Shown: positions 1 through 10,000 of the stretch, one piece after another
Layout of the letters: every line of letters begins with the position of its first letter
Numbering within the stretch: the stretch's first letter is position 1
NCBI GenBank assembly: GCA_963676835.2
Contig: CAXXFF010000004.1
Coordinates: 192,001 to 256,000, forward strand
Direction: 5' to 3'
Length of the DNA stretch: 64,000 nt
Origin: Marispirochaeta sp.
GTDB taxonomy: Bacteria > Spirochaetota > Spirochaetia > JC444 > Marispirochaetaceae
Position numbers and translations under genes: made by a program
Notes under the pieces: model-generated
The model's input: only the letters and a program-made list of their open reading frames with translations
Databases searched by the model: none
Told to the model about the DNA's origin: nothing

Positions 1-25
1 TTGTTAGTGTGATTAAGGAGCACCG

Positions 26-877
26 ATGTCCATCCGGAATACACTGTTAGCATTTTTACTGATACTTTTTTCATCCTGCACAACTATCGAAAGTTTTATC
101 AATCTGGAGAAGCCGAAAGTTACTCTGGAAAAGGTTGAGCTAACCGGTCTCGACTTTGACCGTGCGGATCTTTTGTACACATTAAATATAAAAAACAGCA
201 ATGCCATGGGAATAAAACTGTCCAGCCTTGAATACGCCCTGAAGGTTGAAGAGGGTTCTCTGCTGCAGGGACAGATGGATCAGGGGCTTGAACTCCCCGC
301 CGGGGGACAATCAACTATCGAAGTTCCGGTTTCGGTAGGATATAAACAGCTTCTGGAAATTGCATCATCGGCAAAAGAGAAAAGCGAAATAGCATACAGT
401 ATAGATCTGGGGCTGGGCTTTACGGTTCCCGGATTCGGATCAATAAAAGTCCCCCTCTCCTACTCGGATAATCTGCCGGTACCCAAACTGCCTGAATTGA
501 AAATAGCATCGTTACGGGTTAAAAAGGTAAGTCTTACCAGGATTGATATCGAACTGGATCTTCGGGTAAATAATCCCAATATTTTCTCCCTCGCCTTTAC
601 ATCCCTCAGCTACGATTTAAATGTTGCCGGCCGCTCCTGGGTGCAGGGGAATCCTGTTCGGGATCTCAGTTTTCCCGCAGGCGGAGATGGATCAGCCATC
701 CTGCCGATTTCATTAAATATTGTCGAGGTGGGAAGAAGCGTAGTAGATCTTCTGTCCGGAAACAAAAGCCTGGATTACCGCTTTAACGGTGATACCATAA
801 TAGTTTCCGATTATTCTCTGCTTAAAGATTATTTCTTCAATTTTTCCAGCAGCGGAAGTGCGGAAATATTCCGCTGA
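26..877 (+). CDS. LEA type 2 / WHy-domain lipoprotein (two tandem domains)
   Basis: AAGGAG RBS; lipobox LFSSC; two repeats of the WHy-type motif (NIKNSN..GIKLSSLEYAL and RVNNPNIFSLAFTSLSYDL). Confidence 0.85.
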   Translation: MSIRNTLLAFLLILFSSCTTIESFINLEKPKVTLEKVELTGLDFDRADLLYTLNIKNSNAMGIKLSSLEYALKVEEGSLLQGQMDQGLELPAGGQSTIEVPVSVGYKQLLEIASSAKEKSEIAYSIDLGLGFTVPGFGSIKVPLSYSDNLPVPKLPELKIASLRVKKVSLTRIDIELDLRVNNPNIFSLAFTSLSYDLNVAGRSWVQGNPVRDLSFPAGGDGSAILPISLNIVEVGRSVVDLLSGNKSLDYRFNGDTIIVSDYSLLKDYFFNFSSSGSAEIFR

Positions 878-880
878 TAA

Positions 881-1585
881 TCAATAAGCTCCGCCCCTGC
901 GGGTGGAGCGGTATCGTCCTGATCCGGAATTGCGGGTAACAAGATAAGACAAGAGAAAAAACTCAAATAGAGCAGCTCCGCCGAAAACAAGAGCCCAGAC
1001 AGTTGAACTGCCAGGCCAGACAGAGGCAATACGGGAAATCTCAGAGACATGTCCGGAGGGCAGAATTAAATCCCCGCGAATATCGAATATAAAATAGAAA
1101 ACTCCCAGAAGCCCGATATATTTAAGCACAAGATCATTGATAAACCCGGGAAGGAGGAATCCTACGAGGAAAAGTGCCACCCCGAAAATAACTGCATAAA
1201 TCAGCGAACTCCCTCCGGAAGCGAAGATAAGAGATAGGGCAACAAGCCCGACCCCGATAATCATGGTGAACAGTTTATCAAACCTGAACACCGAGGAGAG
1301 AAGAAACACAACTCCCCCAAGAATCATGGCTCCAATATAGCCGGCCGCAACGGATAAACCGGAGTGACCATTCTGAAGGGTAAAATGAAACCCGCTTTGA
1401 ATATCCGCACTTACCGAGACAACCCGTCCGCCGGTAAGCACCGCAGTAAGAGCCTTCCCGCACTCATACATAAGGTCCGAAAGGATTCTCACCGGCAGCA
1501 GCGCTGAAAGATCCCAAAAGAACCATGAGACACCCAGAAGAATCAGAAGAAGAAAAACATTTAACGGTGATACTTTATTCTGCAT
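881..1585 (-). CDS. Peptidase M50B-like membrane protein with degenerate zinc motif
   Basis: Multi-TM protein; segments ALTAVLTGGRV and AAGYIG match M50B-like proteins, but the HExxH position reads YECGK. Confidence 0.7.
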   Translation of the reverse strand: MQNKVSPLNVFLLLILLGVSWFFWDLSALLPVRILSDLMYECGKALTAVLTGGRVVSVSADIQSGFHFTLQNGHSGLSVAAGYIGAMILGGVVFLLSSVFRFDKLFTMIIGVGLVALSLIFASGGSSLIYAVIFGVALFLVGFLLPGFINDLVLKYIGLLGVFYFIFDIRGDLILPSGHVSEISRIASVWPGSSTVWALVFGGAALFEFFLLSYLVTRNSGSGRYRSTRRGGAY

Positions 1586-1690
1586 AGGAAACCCTCTTTA
1601 ACTCTTTACCTTATTACACCCGACTTTAATGAACAGCATACCCTTCGCCGGTGGGGTTTGCAACATAAAGATTTTATATTTTTCCGGAGA

Positions 1691-2893
1691 TCAGCGGATA
1701 TTCTGTAAAATACTTAAGACCATATCTTTAATGGATAAGAATATTTCCACCAGTTCCGGGTCAAACTGTTTACCCGCTTTGTTTTTCAGATAAAGAAAAG
1801 CGGAATCCGGATCCCAGGCTTCCTTATAACTGCGGGGAGAAACAAGAGCATCAAAAACATCAGCAATGGCAACAATTCTGCCGGACAGGGGAATCTCTTT
1901 TTCCATAAGCCCCGGGCCGGATGGAAGAGTATCGGTAAATATATTATCCAGTTTGCCGGGGTACCCATTACCGTCCCATCGTTCATGGTGGCTGAGGGCA
2001 ACCTCAAATGCAACCTTATCCCAGACAGAACTTCTTTTATGAAAAAGCCGTGCCCCAAGGATAGTGTGCCAGACCATGGCCTTTTTATCCTCGTCGGAAA
2101 ATTCCTCTGTCTGAGTCAGTACCGAACTGGAGAGGGCGACTTTGCCGATATCATGGAGAAGCGCCCCCAGACGCAGGGCCTCTTTCCCGCGGTTTCGTTG
2201 TGACAGGGATGTGCCGTTCTTTATTCCGTATGCATCAAAGAGGGCTGCCGAATATTCTCCTACACGGCGGGTATGCATGGTGCTTTCGTGGGGGTCCCGC
2301 AACTGGGCAACTTCCACCAGCCGAAGAACCATATCTTTCGCAAACTCAACCTTCTCCAGAGCCAGGGACGCATGCTGGGCAAAATAGGAAATAAAAAGCC
2401 TGTCCTGCTGGGAAAACGGGATTGTACTCCCTGCACTGTCCCGGGCATTTATCAGCTGAATTACTCCAAGGATTTTTCCTTCCGAACTGTTAAGGGGAAC
2501 AGCGAGAATAGACTGGGTCCGGTAATTACTCTGCTTGTCAAACCAGGGATTGAACTGAAAAGAAACCTCCCCGGGAAGTTCATAAACATCATCAATAAGC
2601 AGACTTTGTCCGGATGTTGCAACAAAGCCGGCGATTGATCCCGGATCCGCAGGAATACTTCTGGTTGTGTACAGGTATTTATCATCCTGATGCCCGCGCT
2701 TGAAAAGTGTCTCATTTTCAATATAGGCAAAGTAGAGCTCATTGCCCTTGAGGTTATACAATGTACCGGCATCGGCATTCACAAAAATCCTGGCTTCATG
2801 CAGGATATTTTCCAGAAGAACATCTGAATCTTTATAGGAGTGAAGCTTTTCAATTATCCGCAGCAGTGCCCCTGCGTCTTTTTTTCCCGACAT
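1691..2893 (-). CDS. GAF + HD-GYP domain protein (cyclic dinucleotide phosphodiesterase family)
   Basis: N-terminal GAF (ADAGTLY, SIAGFVA, GVIQLIN); HDIGK, HHERWDGNGYP, ADVFDAL, RSYK, QFDP. Confidence 0.9.
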   Translation of the reverse strand: MSGKKDAGALLRIIEKLHSYKDSDVLLENILHEARIFVNADAGTLYNLKGNELYFAYIENETLFKRGHQDDKYLYTTRSIPADPGSIAGFVATSGQSLLIDDVYELPGEVSFQFNPWFDKQSNYRTQSILAVPLNSSEGKILGVIQLINARDSAGSTIPFSQQDRLFISYFAQHASLALEKVEFAKDMVLRLVEVAQLRDPHESTMHTRRVGEYSAALFDAYGIKNGTSLSQRNRGKEALRLGALLHDIGKVALSSSVLTQTEEFSDEDKKAMVWHTILGARLFHKRSSVWDKVAFEVALSHHERWDGNGYPGKLDNIFTDTLPSGPGLMEKEIPLSGRIVAIADVFDALVSPRSYKEAWDPDSAFLYLKNKAGKQFDPELVEIFLSIKDMVLSILQNIR

Positions 2894-2972
2894 ATATACT
2901 AACCAGTATAGTCAGAAAACAGAAAAAGACAAAACACTTTACCTTTTTCCGAACTTACCTTTTTACATGCGT

Positions 2973-5789
2973 TTACCCAGGGACGGTAAGAGTTCCACGG
3001 GGAAATATTTTTTCACACTCTGTCTCCAGATTGCGGATTTCAGCCAGGAAAAGGGTATGTTTTTCCTTACACACAGTTAGCTGTTCCTGCCGGGCAAGTT
3101 GTTCAAGTTTGGCGCAGCATGCTCCCAGACTGAGGGCCGAGACCGTATACGCGCCCCCCTTGATTGCATGATATTCCCTGTGAAGCGCCTTGGCATCCTG
3201 TCTTTCAAGAGCATCAGCTACCCGTTCGATCCGTGGTTTCGTATCGGCAAGAAAGCCGCCGAGGAATTCCCGGATAAGCAGGGTATTCCCGCTGAAATCT
3301 GTACTCAGCTGCTGATAATCCAGAACCTCCGGAGCCCCTTCTGCGCGAACCTCATCTTCAGAAATTATTTCTGCCCCGGAGAGCTTCAGCTGATCTGCAA
3401 TGGCCTGCACCAACTGAATACGCTTGTAGGGCTTAATAAGAACTCCATTCATACCTGCTTCCCGGTAGGTGGCAAATTCCTCCCTGAAGGCATTGGCGGT
3501 TACAGCAATTACGGGAGTAACAATTCCCCGGGCCCGCAGCTGCCGGGTTGTTTCCCGTCCGTCTATTCCAGGCATGGAGATATCCATAAGAATGACATCG
3601 AAGGACTTTCTCGAAAGAAGATCAAGGGCAGCACCACCATTCTCCACGCAATCCACCGGGCAGGAAAGAGAGTGAAGATGATACTCAAGCATACGCAGGT
3701 TGGTGGGATAATCATCTACGGCAAGAACTCTGCATCCGCTGATCAGGTCATAAAAGTCGGAAGAGTCGGCAACAACTACCACCGGATCGGCTGATGATTC
3801 TGTCTGAGCCTGCAGGAGATTCACCTGAACCGTAAACTCCGACCCCACCCCCAGGGTACTGCGAACATCCAGGGAACCTCCCATTTTATCGATAATCAAC
3901 TTGGAAATAGCCGTTCCCAGACCGAAGCCGCCCACAGACCGGGTCCGTCCTTCTTCAATCTGATAAAATTTATCAAACAGACGGGAAAGATGTTTTTCGT
4001 CAATTCCAACGCCGGTATCCTTTATGGTAAATGCAAAAAGCAGAATGTCACCGTCTATATTAAGCAGCTCCGCAGTAAGAGACACACTGCCGTCTTCAGT
4101 ATATTTTATTCCATTATCAACAAGGTTGATCAGAACCTGCCGCAGCCGGATGGCATCACCTATTACCGTTCGGGGCAGTTCTTCCGGAATATTTATCTGA
4201 AGCTCCAGTCCTTTGCGCAGGGCCTTACGGGCAAGCATCTCGCCGATGGAGGTGATAAGAGCTGTCAGATCAAAGGGCTCTTCTACAAGATCAAGCCGGC
4301 CGGCCTCAATCTTTGAAATATCCAACAATTCATCAATCAGTTCGGTCAGCCTTTTTGATTCATCAACAATAAGACCGGCGAACTGCCGGTTATTGCCTTC
4401 GGAAAGTTTATCATGGAGGGCCTCCCCAAATCCCATAATTGCGTTAAGAGGCGTTCTCATTTCATGACTAACATTGGCAAGAAACTCCGTTTTTGCGCGG
4501 TTGGCGGACTCTGCCTGCATGGTGGCGCTGTCGAGTTCTGCAGTGCGCTCCCGGACAAGATCTTCCACCTGGGCAGTGTAGGACTCAAGATCTGCCCTGG
4601 CCCGCATGGTCCGCAGAGCAAGGGAGGTAAAAATGGAAATATTAAAAACAAAGAGACCGATACCCTGGAGCCACATTACCGGGGCAAAATAATAGGGTTT
4701 AAAAAGATCAAAGGTCTTGAAGAGGACAAAGCCTATATCGTGTAAAGCGAAAACTGCCGCAATGGTAATTCCGAAGAAAACCGCCTTGGCATCCGGATTA
4801 TGGGAACGGAATGCCTTCCAGTTGATCCAGAAAACAAACACAACCATGGGCATAAGAAAAAGCAGCAACTTGCTGAAAAGTGAATATACCTGCCCCTGTC
4901 TTTCAAAAGGAACCAGTAAAAGAATAGATGCCAGAATTGCTCCCCAGGCAATAATCGACCAGCGAATCTTCCTGGTATTGTAGATATTGTAGTAAGAAAT
5001 AAAAGCAGTGGTGAAAAAACTCAAGCCCAGAGGAAGAGCTGCTTTAGATATGGTGAAACTGAGAAAATGAGACAGAAAAAGTGGCTCATAGGCCATACGG
5101 TAAAAGTAAACAGCAAAGAGCGCATTGGCTGCGGTAAAAAACAGATGAAAGAACTCTTTTCTGCGGACCAGAAAATAGAGAAAGGTAAAATAGGTCATGA
5201 AAATACTGAAAAAGGTATAAAGCTGTCCGTTAAAGAAATTGATATACTCCGGTGAAATATGGTTTGATAGGCCATTCTCTCGTGCAAGCATCATATTTCT
5301 GATATAAATCTCCCGGTCAGCGGAGACAGTCAGATAAACAGTTATTTCATTAACCTTATCAAAGCTGAAATCCTTTCTTCTCAGGGTTTTATACACCATA
5401 CCGTCAGCCGAGCCGCTGCCGTTGAAGGGACCGATAGCCTTGCCGTTGAGCACTATGCGGACACTCTCTGCGGCGGGAAACTTAAGCACAAACCGGGGGA
5501 CAAAGCGAAAATCCCGGGGCATAAAAAAGCGCCCATGCTGCTGGAACTGAATCAGCTCCGTTTCTTCCGCTGGAAAACTCAGCAGATCACCGGTTCGCAA
5601 TAACTTAACCCCCGGAGTCTGATCAGTCCGGACTGCCCAGACATCCGTAAGAGGCTGAAAGTGTTCAAGTACACCGACATTTGCAGCCGGCAGCTCCTGC
5701 CCCTGAAGGGGGGAAAAACCTGCCAGACCAAACAGAAGAGTCATTAACAGTACTTTAGTCCTTTCACCCTTACTTACATGTAAAACCAT
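2973..5789 (-). CDS. Membrane hybrid sensor histidine kinase (extracytoplasmic domain, 7TM, HisKA, HATPase, REC, Hpt)
   Basis: Signal peptide, about 7 TM helices, FLANVSHEMRTPLNAI, NLVDNGIKYT, DTGVGI, GFGLG, REC (VDD..LMDISMP..KP), Hpt (HAIKGGA). Confidence 0.92.
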   Translation of the reverse strand: MVLHVSKGERTKVLLMTLLFGLAGFSPLQGQELPAANVGVLEHFQPLTDVWAVRTDQTPGVKLLRTGDLLSFPAEETELIQFQQHGRFFMPRDFRFVPRFVLKFPAAESVRIVLNGKAIGPFNGSGSADGMVYKTLRRKDFSFDKVNEITVYLTVSADREIYIRNMMLARENGLSNHISPEYINFFNGQLYTFFSIFMTYFTFLYFLVRRKEFFHLFFTAANALFAVYFYRMAYEPLFLSHFLSFTISKAALPLGLSFFTTAFISYYNIYNTRKIRWSIIAWGAILASILLLVPFERQGQVYSLFSKLLLFLMPMVVFVFWINWKAFRSHNPDAKAVFFGITIAAVFALHDIGFVLFKTFDLFKPYYFAPVMWLQGIGLFVFNISIFTSLALRTMRARADLESYTAQVEDLVRERTAELDSATMQAESANRAKTEFLANVSHEMRTPLNAIMGFGEALHDKLSEGNNRQFAGLIVDESKRLTELIDELLDISKIEAGRLDLVEEPFDLTALITSIGEMLARKALRKGLELQINIPEELPRTVIGDAIRLRQVLINLVDNGIKYTEDGSVSLTAELLNIDGDILLFAFTIKDTGVGIDEKHLSRLFDKFYQIEEGRTRSVGGFGLGTAISKLIIDKMGGSLDVRSTLGVGSEFTVQVNLLQAQTESSADPVVVVADSSDFYDLISGCRVLAVDDYPTNLRMLEYHLHSLSCPVDCVENGGAALDLLSRKSFDVILMDISMPGIDGRETTRQLRARGIVTPVIAVTANAFREEFATYREAGMNGVLIKPYKRIQLVQAIADQLKLSGAEIISEDEVRAEGAPEVLDYQQLSTDFSGNTLLIREFLGGFLADTKPRIERVADALERQDAKALHREYHAIKGGAYTVSALSLGACCAKLEQLARQEQLTVCKEKHTLFLAEIRNLETECEKIFPRGTLTVPG

Positions 5790-5883
5790 TTGCCAAATCC
5801 TACCGCAGATTTACGCAGGGGTCAAACCTGCAAAACAACAGCCTCTTTACTTAACACCGCAGTTCACGCACAATCATTTTAGC

Positions 5884-6840
5884 ATGCCAGATTCACCACT
5901 GAGTACAGAATTATCCCAGACTTCCTTCTACGGCTTCGGAACAGCAGCGTTCCGGCAGGGAGAAAATGCATCTCAGACAGAGAAGGAATATTTCAGTGTA
6001 CTCGATACCGCCATTGGCCATGGCTGCCGCCATATAGATACTGCCGCCGCCTATTCCAACGGGTACAGTGAAACAGTTATTGGAAAGTTCTTAAAACGCA
6101 GAAACGGTGTAAGGGAAAACCTTATAGTTGCCAGCAAAGGCGGTATGAAAGGAAAGAGTCTGAATTTTCTAAAGACCCTGGACGGGAGCAGGCGCAGGCT
6201 CAATTGCGGTGTAATTGATATATATTATATTCACTGGCCGGTGCAGGGACTTGATCCACGTTACAGTCTTGATGCTCTTTTTGAGGCAAAGGAAAAGGGA
6301 TGGATCCGCTACACCGGCCTCTCCAATTTTTCTCTAAAGGAGTTGCAGGCAGCCAGCGTGCACTGCCCCATCGATATCTGTCAATTTGCCTATAATCTTA
6401 TCTGGAGACAGGCAGAGGAAGAGCTTATACCGTTCTGCAGAAGTAAGGGTATTATCACCGCGGGCTATGCCCCCCTTGCCCAGGGTGTTCTGTCCGGCAG
6501 CCAGATGAGAGGAACAACTCTGCCTGAGGAAGACCATCGGAGGCTGACTCTTTTTTATAACCCTGCTTATTCAGAGTGCATCTCGACAATCCTGAATGCA
6601 CTGAAAAAGGTGGAACGGAAATCCGGAATCCCCCTGAAACTGGCCGCCAGAGAGTGGCTGAAGAGCGCTGGACAGGTAGATACTGCAGTTATCGGGGCAA
6701 GCAGCCGAAAGCAGGCGGATGAAAACTTTCTGCCCCAGCCGGAGCTGTCTCAAACAGTACTGGCATCTTTTCAGGAAGCGGCTGAAAAAAGTACCAACTG
6801 CCTGAAAGGACAGGAGAGTATTTATCTGAGCAGACCTTGA
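5884..6840 (+). CDS. Aldo/keto reductase
   Basis: GFGT, IDTAAAY, SKGG, IDIYYIHWP, GLSNF, PLAQGVLSG. Confidence 0.88.
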   Translation: MPDSPLSTELSQTSFYGFGTAAFRQGENASQTEKEYFSVLDTAIGHGCRHIDTAAAYSNGYSETVIGKFLKRRNGVRENLIVASKGGMKGKSLNFLKTLDGSRRRLNCGVIDIYYIHWPVQGLDPRYSLDALFEAKEKGWIRYTGLSNFSLKELQAASVHCPIDICQFAYNLIWRQAEEELIPFCRSKGIITAGYAPLAQGVLSGSQMRGTTLPEEDHRRLTLFYNPAYSECISTILNALKKVERKSGIPLKLAAREWLKSAGQVDTAVIGASSRKQADENFLPQPELSQTVLASFQEAAEKSTNCLKGQESIYLSRP

Positions 6841-6841
6841 A

Positions 6842-8083
6842 CTACTCTTCGTCGGCGTATTTTTCAGCAATAGTCTGAATGGACGGCAGGGCCTCAAAAA
6901 AGATATCGATAAGCTCGGGGTCAAACTTGATGCCCCGCATCTTCCGCATCTCCTCTAAAACATCATCTTCGCTCCAGGCCTCTTTATAGACCCGTTTGGA
7001 ACGCAGTGCATCATATACATCGGCAATGGAGACAATACGTCCCCAGATGGGAATATCTTCACCCTTGCGGCCCACAGGTGTGTCACTGCCGTCGGAAGGC
7101 TTACTGGTAACAAGATCAACATACCCGGGGTAGCCTGTGCCGTCCCAGTTCTCATGATGAGTCAGGGCAATCTCCATGGCCATGTTATCCAGTTCGGAAT
7201 GGTTGTCTTCAAATAACCTGGCTCCGCTGAGGGTATGAGTTTTGATAATGTCATACTCTTCCGGAGTAAACCGGGCCGGCTTCTTTAGAATAAGATCACT
7301 GATGGCGACCTTGCCCACATCGTGAAGCATGGCGGCCATACGCAGGTTATCCCGGTTTCTCTGGATTTCCATCTCATCCAGGCCCTTGCTCATGGCCCAG
7401 CGGTCATAGATCTCCACGGCAAAACCGGCAACCCGGTTTACATGGGGTCCGGTCTCCTTTGGATCCCTGAGCTCCGCCATGCTGATCATCCTCAGCAGGA
7501 TCGCTCTGGTCATCTGGGCACGCTGGAGCGCTACGGTAACATTGGCTGCAAAGTGAGTAACCAGAATTTCATCTTCTTTGGTGAAGGAACAGATTTTATG
7601 GTCTGCTGTTACCTTGTTGATAAACTGAATAACCCCCAGGAGTTCACCATTATTGGTTTTGAGGGGGATTGTGAGCATTGAACATGAACGATAGCCGGAA
7701 ATCTCATCAAAACGGGTATTGTATCCGAAGGGTGAATCCTTCTTTATTTTGTAGACGTCCTTGATATTAAGCAGCTCGCCGGTTGCAGCCACATAGCCGG
7801 AGATCGATTTCTTATCTATGGGTATTTCAAAAAACTTGTAAATAAGCTTTTCGCCCACAGGAAGTTCTTTCTGCTGGGTTTCGTTCTGAGCATAGGAAAT
7901 GGCCAGCATCTCTCCCTTGCGGATATAGATTGACCCCGCGTCAGCCTGGACAACCCTTCTCGCCTCGGTAAGGATCCGCTCAAGAAGGATATCAACGTCC
8001 TTTATCTTGTTCAGCTCCGAATCGAGGGTAATTACATTTAACAGTTTTTCTGCATCAGCGTGGACTCTTTCCGCGCTCATCAA
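6842..8083 (-). CDS. GAF + HD-GYP domain phosphodiesterase
   Basis: GAF; DPKETGPHVNRV, HDVGK, ILKKP, HHENWDGTGYP, ADVYDAL, RVYK; paralog of 1691-2893. Confidence 0.92.
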   Translation of the reverse strand: MMSAERVHADAEKLLNVITLDSELNKIKDVDILLERILTEARRVVQADAGSIYIRKGEMLAISYAQNETQQKELPVGEKLIYKFFEIPIDKKSISGYVAATGELLNIKDVYKIKKDSPFGYNTRFDEISGYRSCSMLTIPLKTNNGELLGVIQFINKVTADHKICSFTKEDEILVTHFAANVTVALQRAQMTRAILLRMISMAELRDPKETGPHVNRVAGFAVEIYDRWAMSKGLDEMEIQRNRDNLRMAAMLHDVGKVAISDLILKKPARFTPEEYDIIKTHTLSGARLFEDNHSELDNMAMEIALTHHENWDGTGYPGYVDLVTSKPSDGSDTPVGRKGEDIPIWGRIVSIADVYDALRSKRVYKEAWSEDDVLEEMRKMRGIKFDPELIDIFFEALPSIQTIAEKYADEE

Positions 8084-8181
8084 TACACGTTTCCTTTCAG
8101 TATATATTTTTGTACCCGCATATATATAAATATACAGGACAAAATCGGTAAAGCAAATTTGATCACACTGTAATCGGGAAA

Positions 8182-8406
8182 TCAGGCACTCAATTTCTGA
8201 GCATCAAACTTAACATCCGCCTGTTCTTCGATAAGATACCCCGTTTGCAGACAAACATCAAACAGATGCCGGCTTATTCTTTCCCGGGATACCTTCTGGT
8301 CTCCATCAAGCTGCTTGATCACCAGAAGATAAATTTCATCCATTTTTTCGTCACAAATCTGTACCCAGGTCCGCCGGATATCACCTTTCACACGATAGGT
8401 TCTCAT
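8182..8406 (-). CDS. Small hypothetical protein (74 aa)
   Basis: Strong GAGGAGG RBS; fills the intergenic space. Confidence 0.7.
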   Translation of the reverse strand: MRTYRVKGDIRRTWVQICDEKMDEIYLLVIKQLDGDQKVSRERISRHLFDVCLQTGYLIEEQADVKFDAQKLSA

Positions 8407-8496
8407 TCTGTCCTCCTCTGATCAGACAAGATTGGCCGTGTCATCTCATTGCAATTTTCGACAGAAATAAAACCCGCCTTTACCCTAAAGCAAATT

Positions 8497-9108
8497 TCAG
8501 CCGGTGGATTCAAAATCAGGGGAAGAGATATTTTCCTGCTGGAGCCTGCTGAGAAGCAGCAGACGGCTGAGTGAGTTTTTTACCCCGTCGCCTATCAAAT
8601 CCTTCATGCTCCCCGGGGAAAGATCCTCAAGTCTGCGTCCATAGACTACCATCTCGACGGATATTTCCAGACCTTCCGACAGTTTTACCGGCATGTGGCG
8701 GCATGGTCTGAATCTCAGACTGCCGTTTTTGTCCCGGCTGCCTGCATAACCGAAAAGACGGCAGATAAGGGGCCGTACCGGATAGATACTGCAATGATAG
8801 GGATCACCCTGGATTTTATAGAAAGGACACCCCCCGGGAATTTCTCCTTTGCCCCAGGAATCAAGGGTCAGGGAGTGGCCCAGGGATAGAAGATGAGAAG
8901 CAATAAGATCAGCTTCGGGGCGGGCAACTTCGGGAATAAAGGTTTCACAACAGGTTCCGCAGCCCTCCGGGCAGTGAAGACCGGCGGCTCTGCTGAAATC
9001 ATCAATTTTTTTATCCAGCTCTTCGTACAGAGCACGTAATCCATTTACCGGATGTTCCGAGCCAAACAGCATCTGACTCTCCTTGAACATTGCAGATGTA
9101 CACCGCAT
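8497..9108 (-). CDS. YkgJ-family cysteine cluster protein (start uncertain)
   Basis: CPEGCGTCC, CPFY, CSIYPVRPLICRLFG. Confidence 0.8.
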   Translation of the reverse strand: MRCTSAMFKESQMLFGSEHPVNGLRALYEELDKKIDDFSRAAGLHCPEGCGTCCETFIPEVARPEADLIASHLLSLGHSLTLDSWGKGEIPGGCPFYKIQGDPYHCSIYPVRPLICRLFGYAGSRDKNGSLRFRPCRHMPVKLSEGLEISVEMVVYGRRLEDLSPGSMKDLIGDGVKNSLSRLLLLSRLQQENISSPDFESTG

Positions 9109-9147
9109 AAGCAGGCAGATTTCTATACCCCTTTATGTTCTGCCGTG

Positions 9148-9921
9148 TCAATCATCCTGTTCCGGGTCTTTCAGATTACCAGGAAGATAGTCAAGGTTGA
9201 TGTTCTGCATGGAATCAAAAAGTTTGTCTTTTATATATTCCCCGTTTACCGCCAGATCCTCCAGGGCCTTTCTGGCAGTAAGCCGTTTTGAAGTCTGGCC
9301 GAAGGGGCAGCTGGTAGCCTGACTGTAGAAACCCATGGCATCGGCAAATTCAAGAATTTCCCGTTCCTTTATATAACAGAGAGGGCGGATTACCCGCTGG
9401 GGGTAGTTATCATATTTCATCACCGGCATCATGGTGGAAATCTCACCCTTGTAGGCCATATTCATCAGCAGAGTTTCAAGAATATCATCCTGATGATGCC
9501 CCAGGGCTATAACAGTGTAATTATGTTTCTCCGAGTAACGCAGAAGCTCCATCCGCCGCTGGGTGGAACACCAGTAGCAGTTAAGTGTTCGCCCTTCCTT
9601 GAGCCGGCCGGCAATGGGAACATCCAGGATCTCGAGATCGCCGCCCCAGGAACGGACCAAATCTTCCATTGCCGCATCGGCTCCGCAGCCGTCGAAATCA
9701 CTACGGATATGCAAGGCCTTAATGGAAAAAGGGGTCTCCCATGAACGCTGCAGCCTGAGGAGAAGATAGAGCATGGTCAGGCTGTCTTTTCCGCCGGAAA
9801 GAGCAACAAGAACTCTGTCATTCCCCTTAAGCATGGGAAAACGCAGGAAAGCTCTTCCCATTTTCTTAGAAAGGGTTGCTGCAAGGTTGCGGGCGCGTCG
9901 GTCTAAAGGGCGGGAAATCAT
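9148..9921 (-). CDS. ttcA: tRNA 2-thiocytidine biosynthesis TtcA-family protein
   Basis: PP-loop SGGKDS, CYWC, GHHQDD, IRPL; start moved to ATG 9921 because the longer ORF overlaps hslO. Confidence 0.82.
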   Translation of the reverse strand: MISRPLDRRARNLAATLSKKMGRAFLRFPMLKGNDRVLVALSGGKDSLTMLYLLLRLQRSWETPFSIKALHIRSDFDGCGADAAMEDLVRSWGGDLEILDVPIAGRLKEGRTLNCYWCSTQRRMELLRYSEKHNYTVIALGHHQDDILETLLMNMAYKGEISTMMPVMKYDNYPQRVIRPLCYIKEREILEFADAMGFYSQATSCPFGQTSKRLTARKALEDLAVNGEYIKDKLFDSMQNINLDYLPGNLKDPEQDD

Positions 9922-10000
9922 AGCCGGACTATAGCATACTCCCGCGGGATTGACAGCCCGGAGAAACTGCACCATTCTTGCGGGCATGAAGGATATACGA

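Noticed and set aside
5790..5883. Possible c-di-GMP riboswitch near the HD-GYP genes
   Set aside because: Only a short GCAGG/CCTGC stem; the conserved GEMM elements are absent
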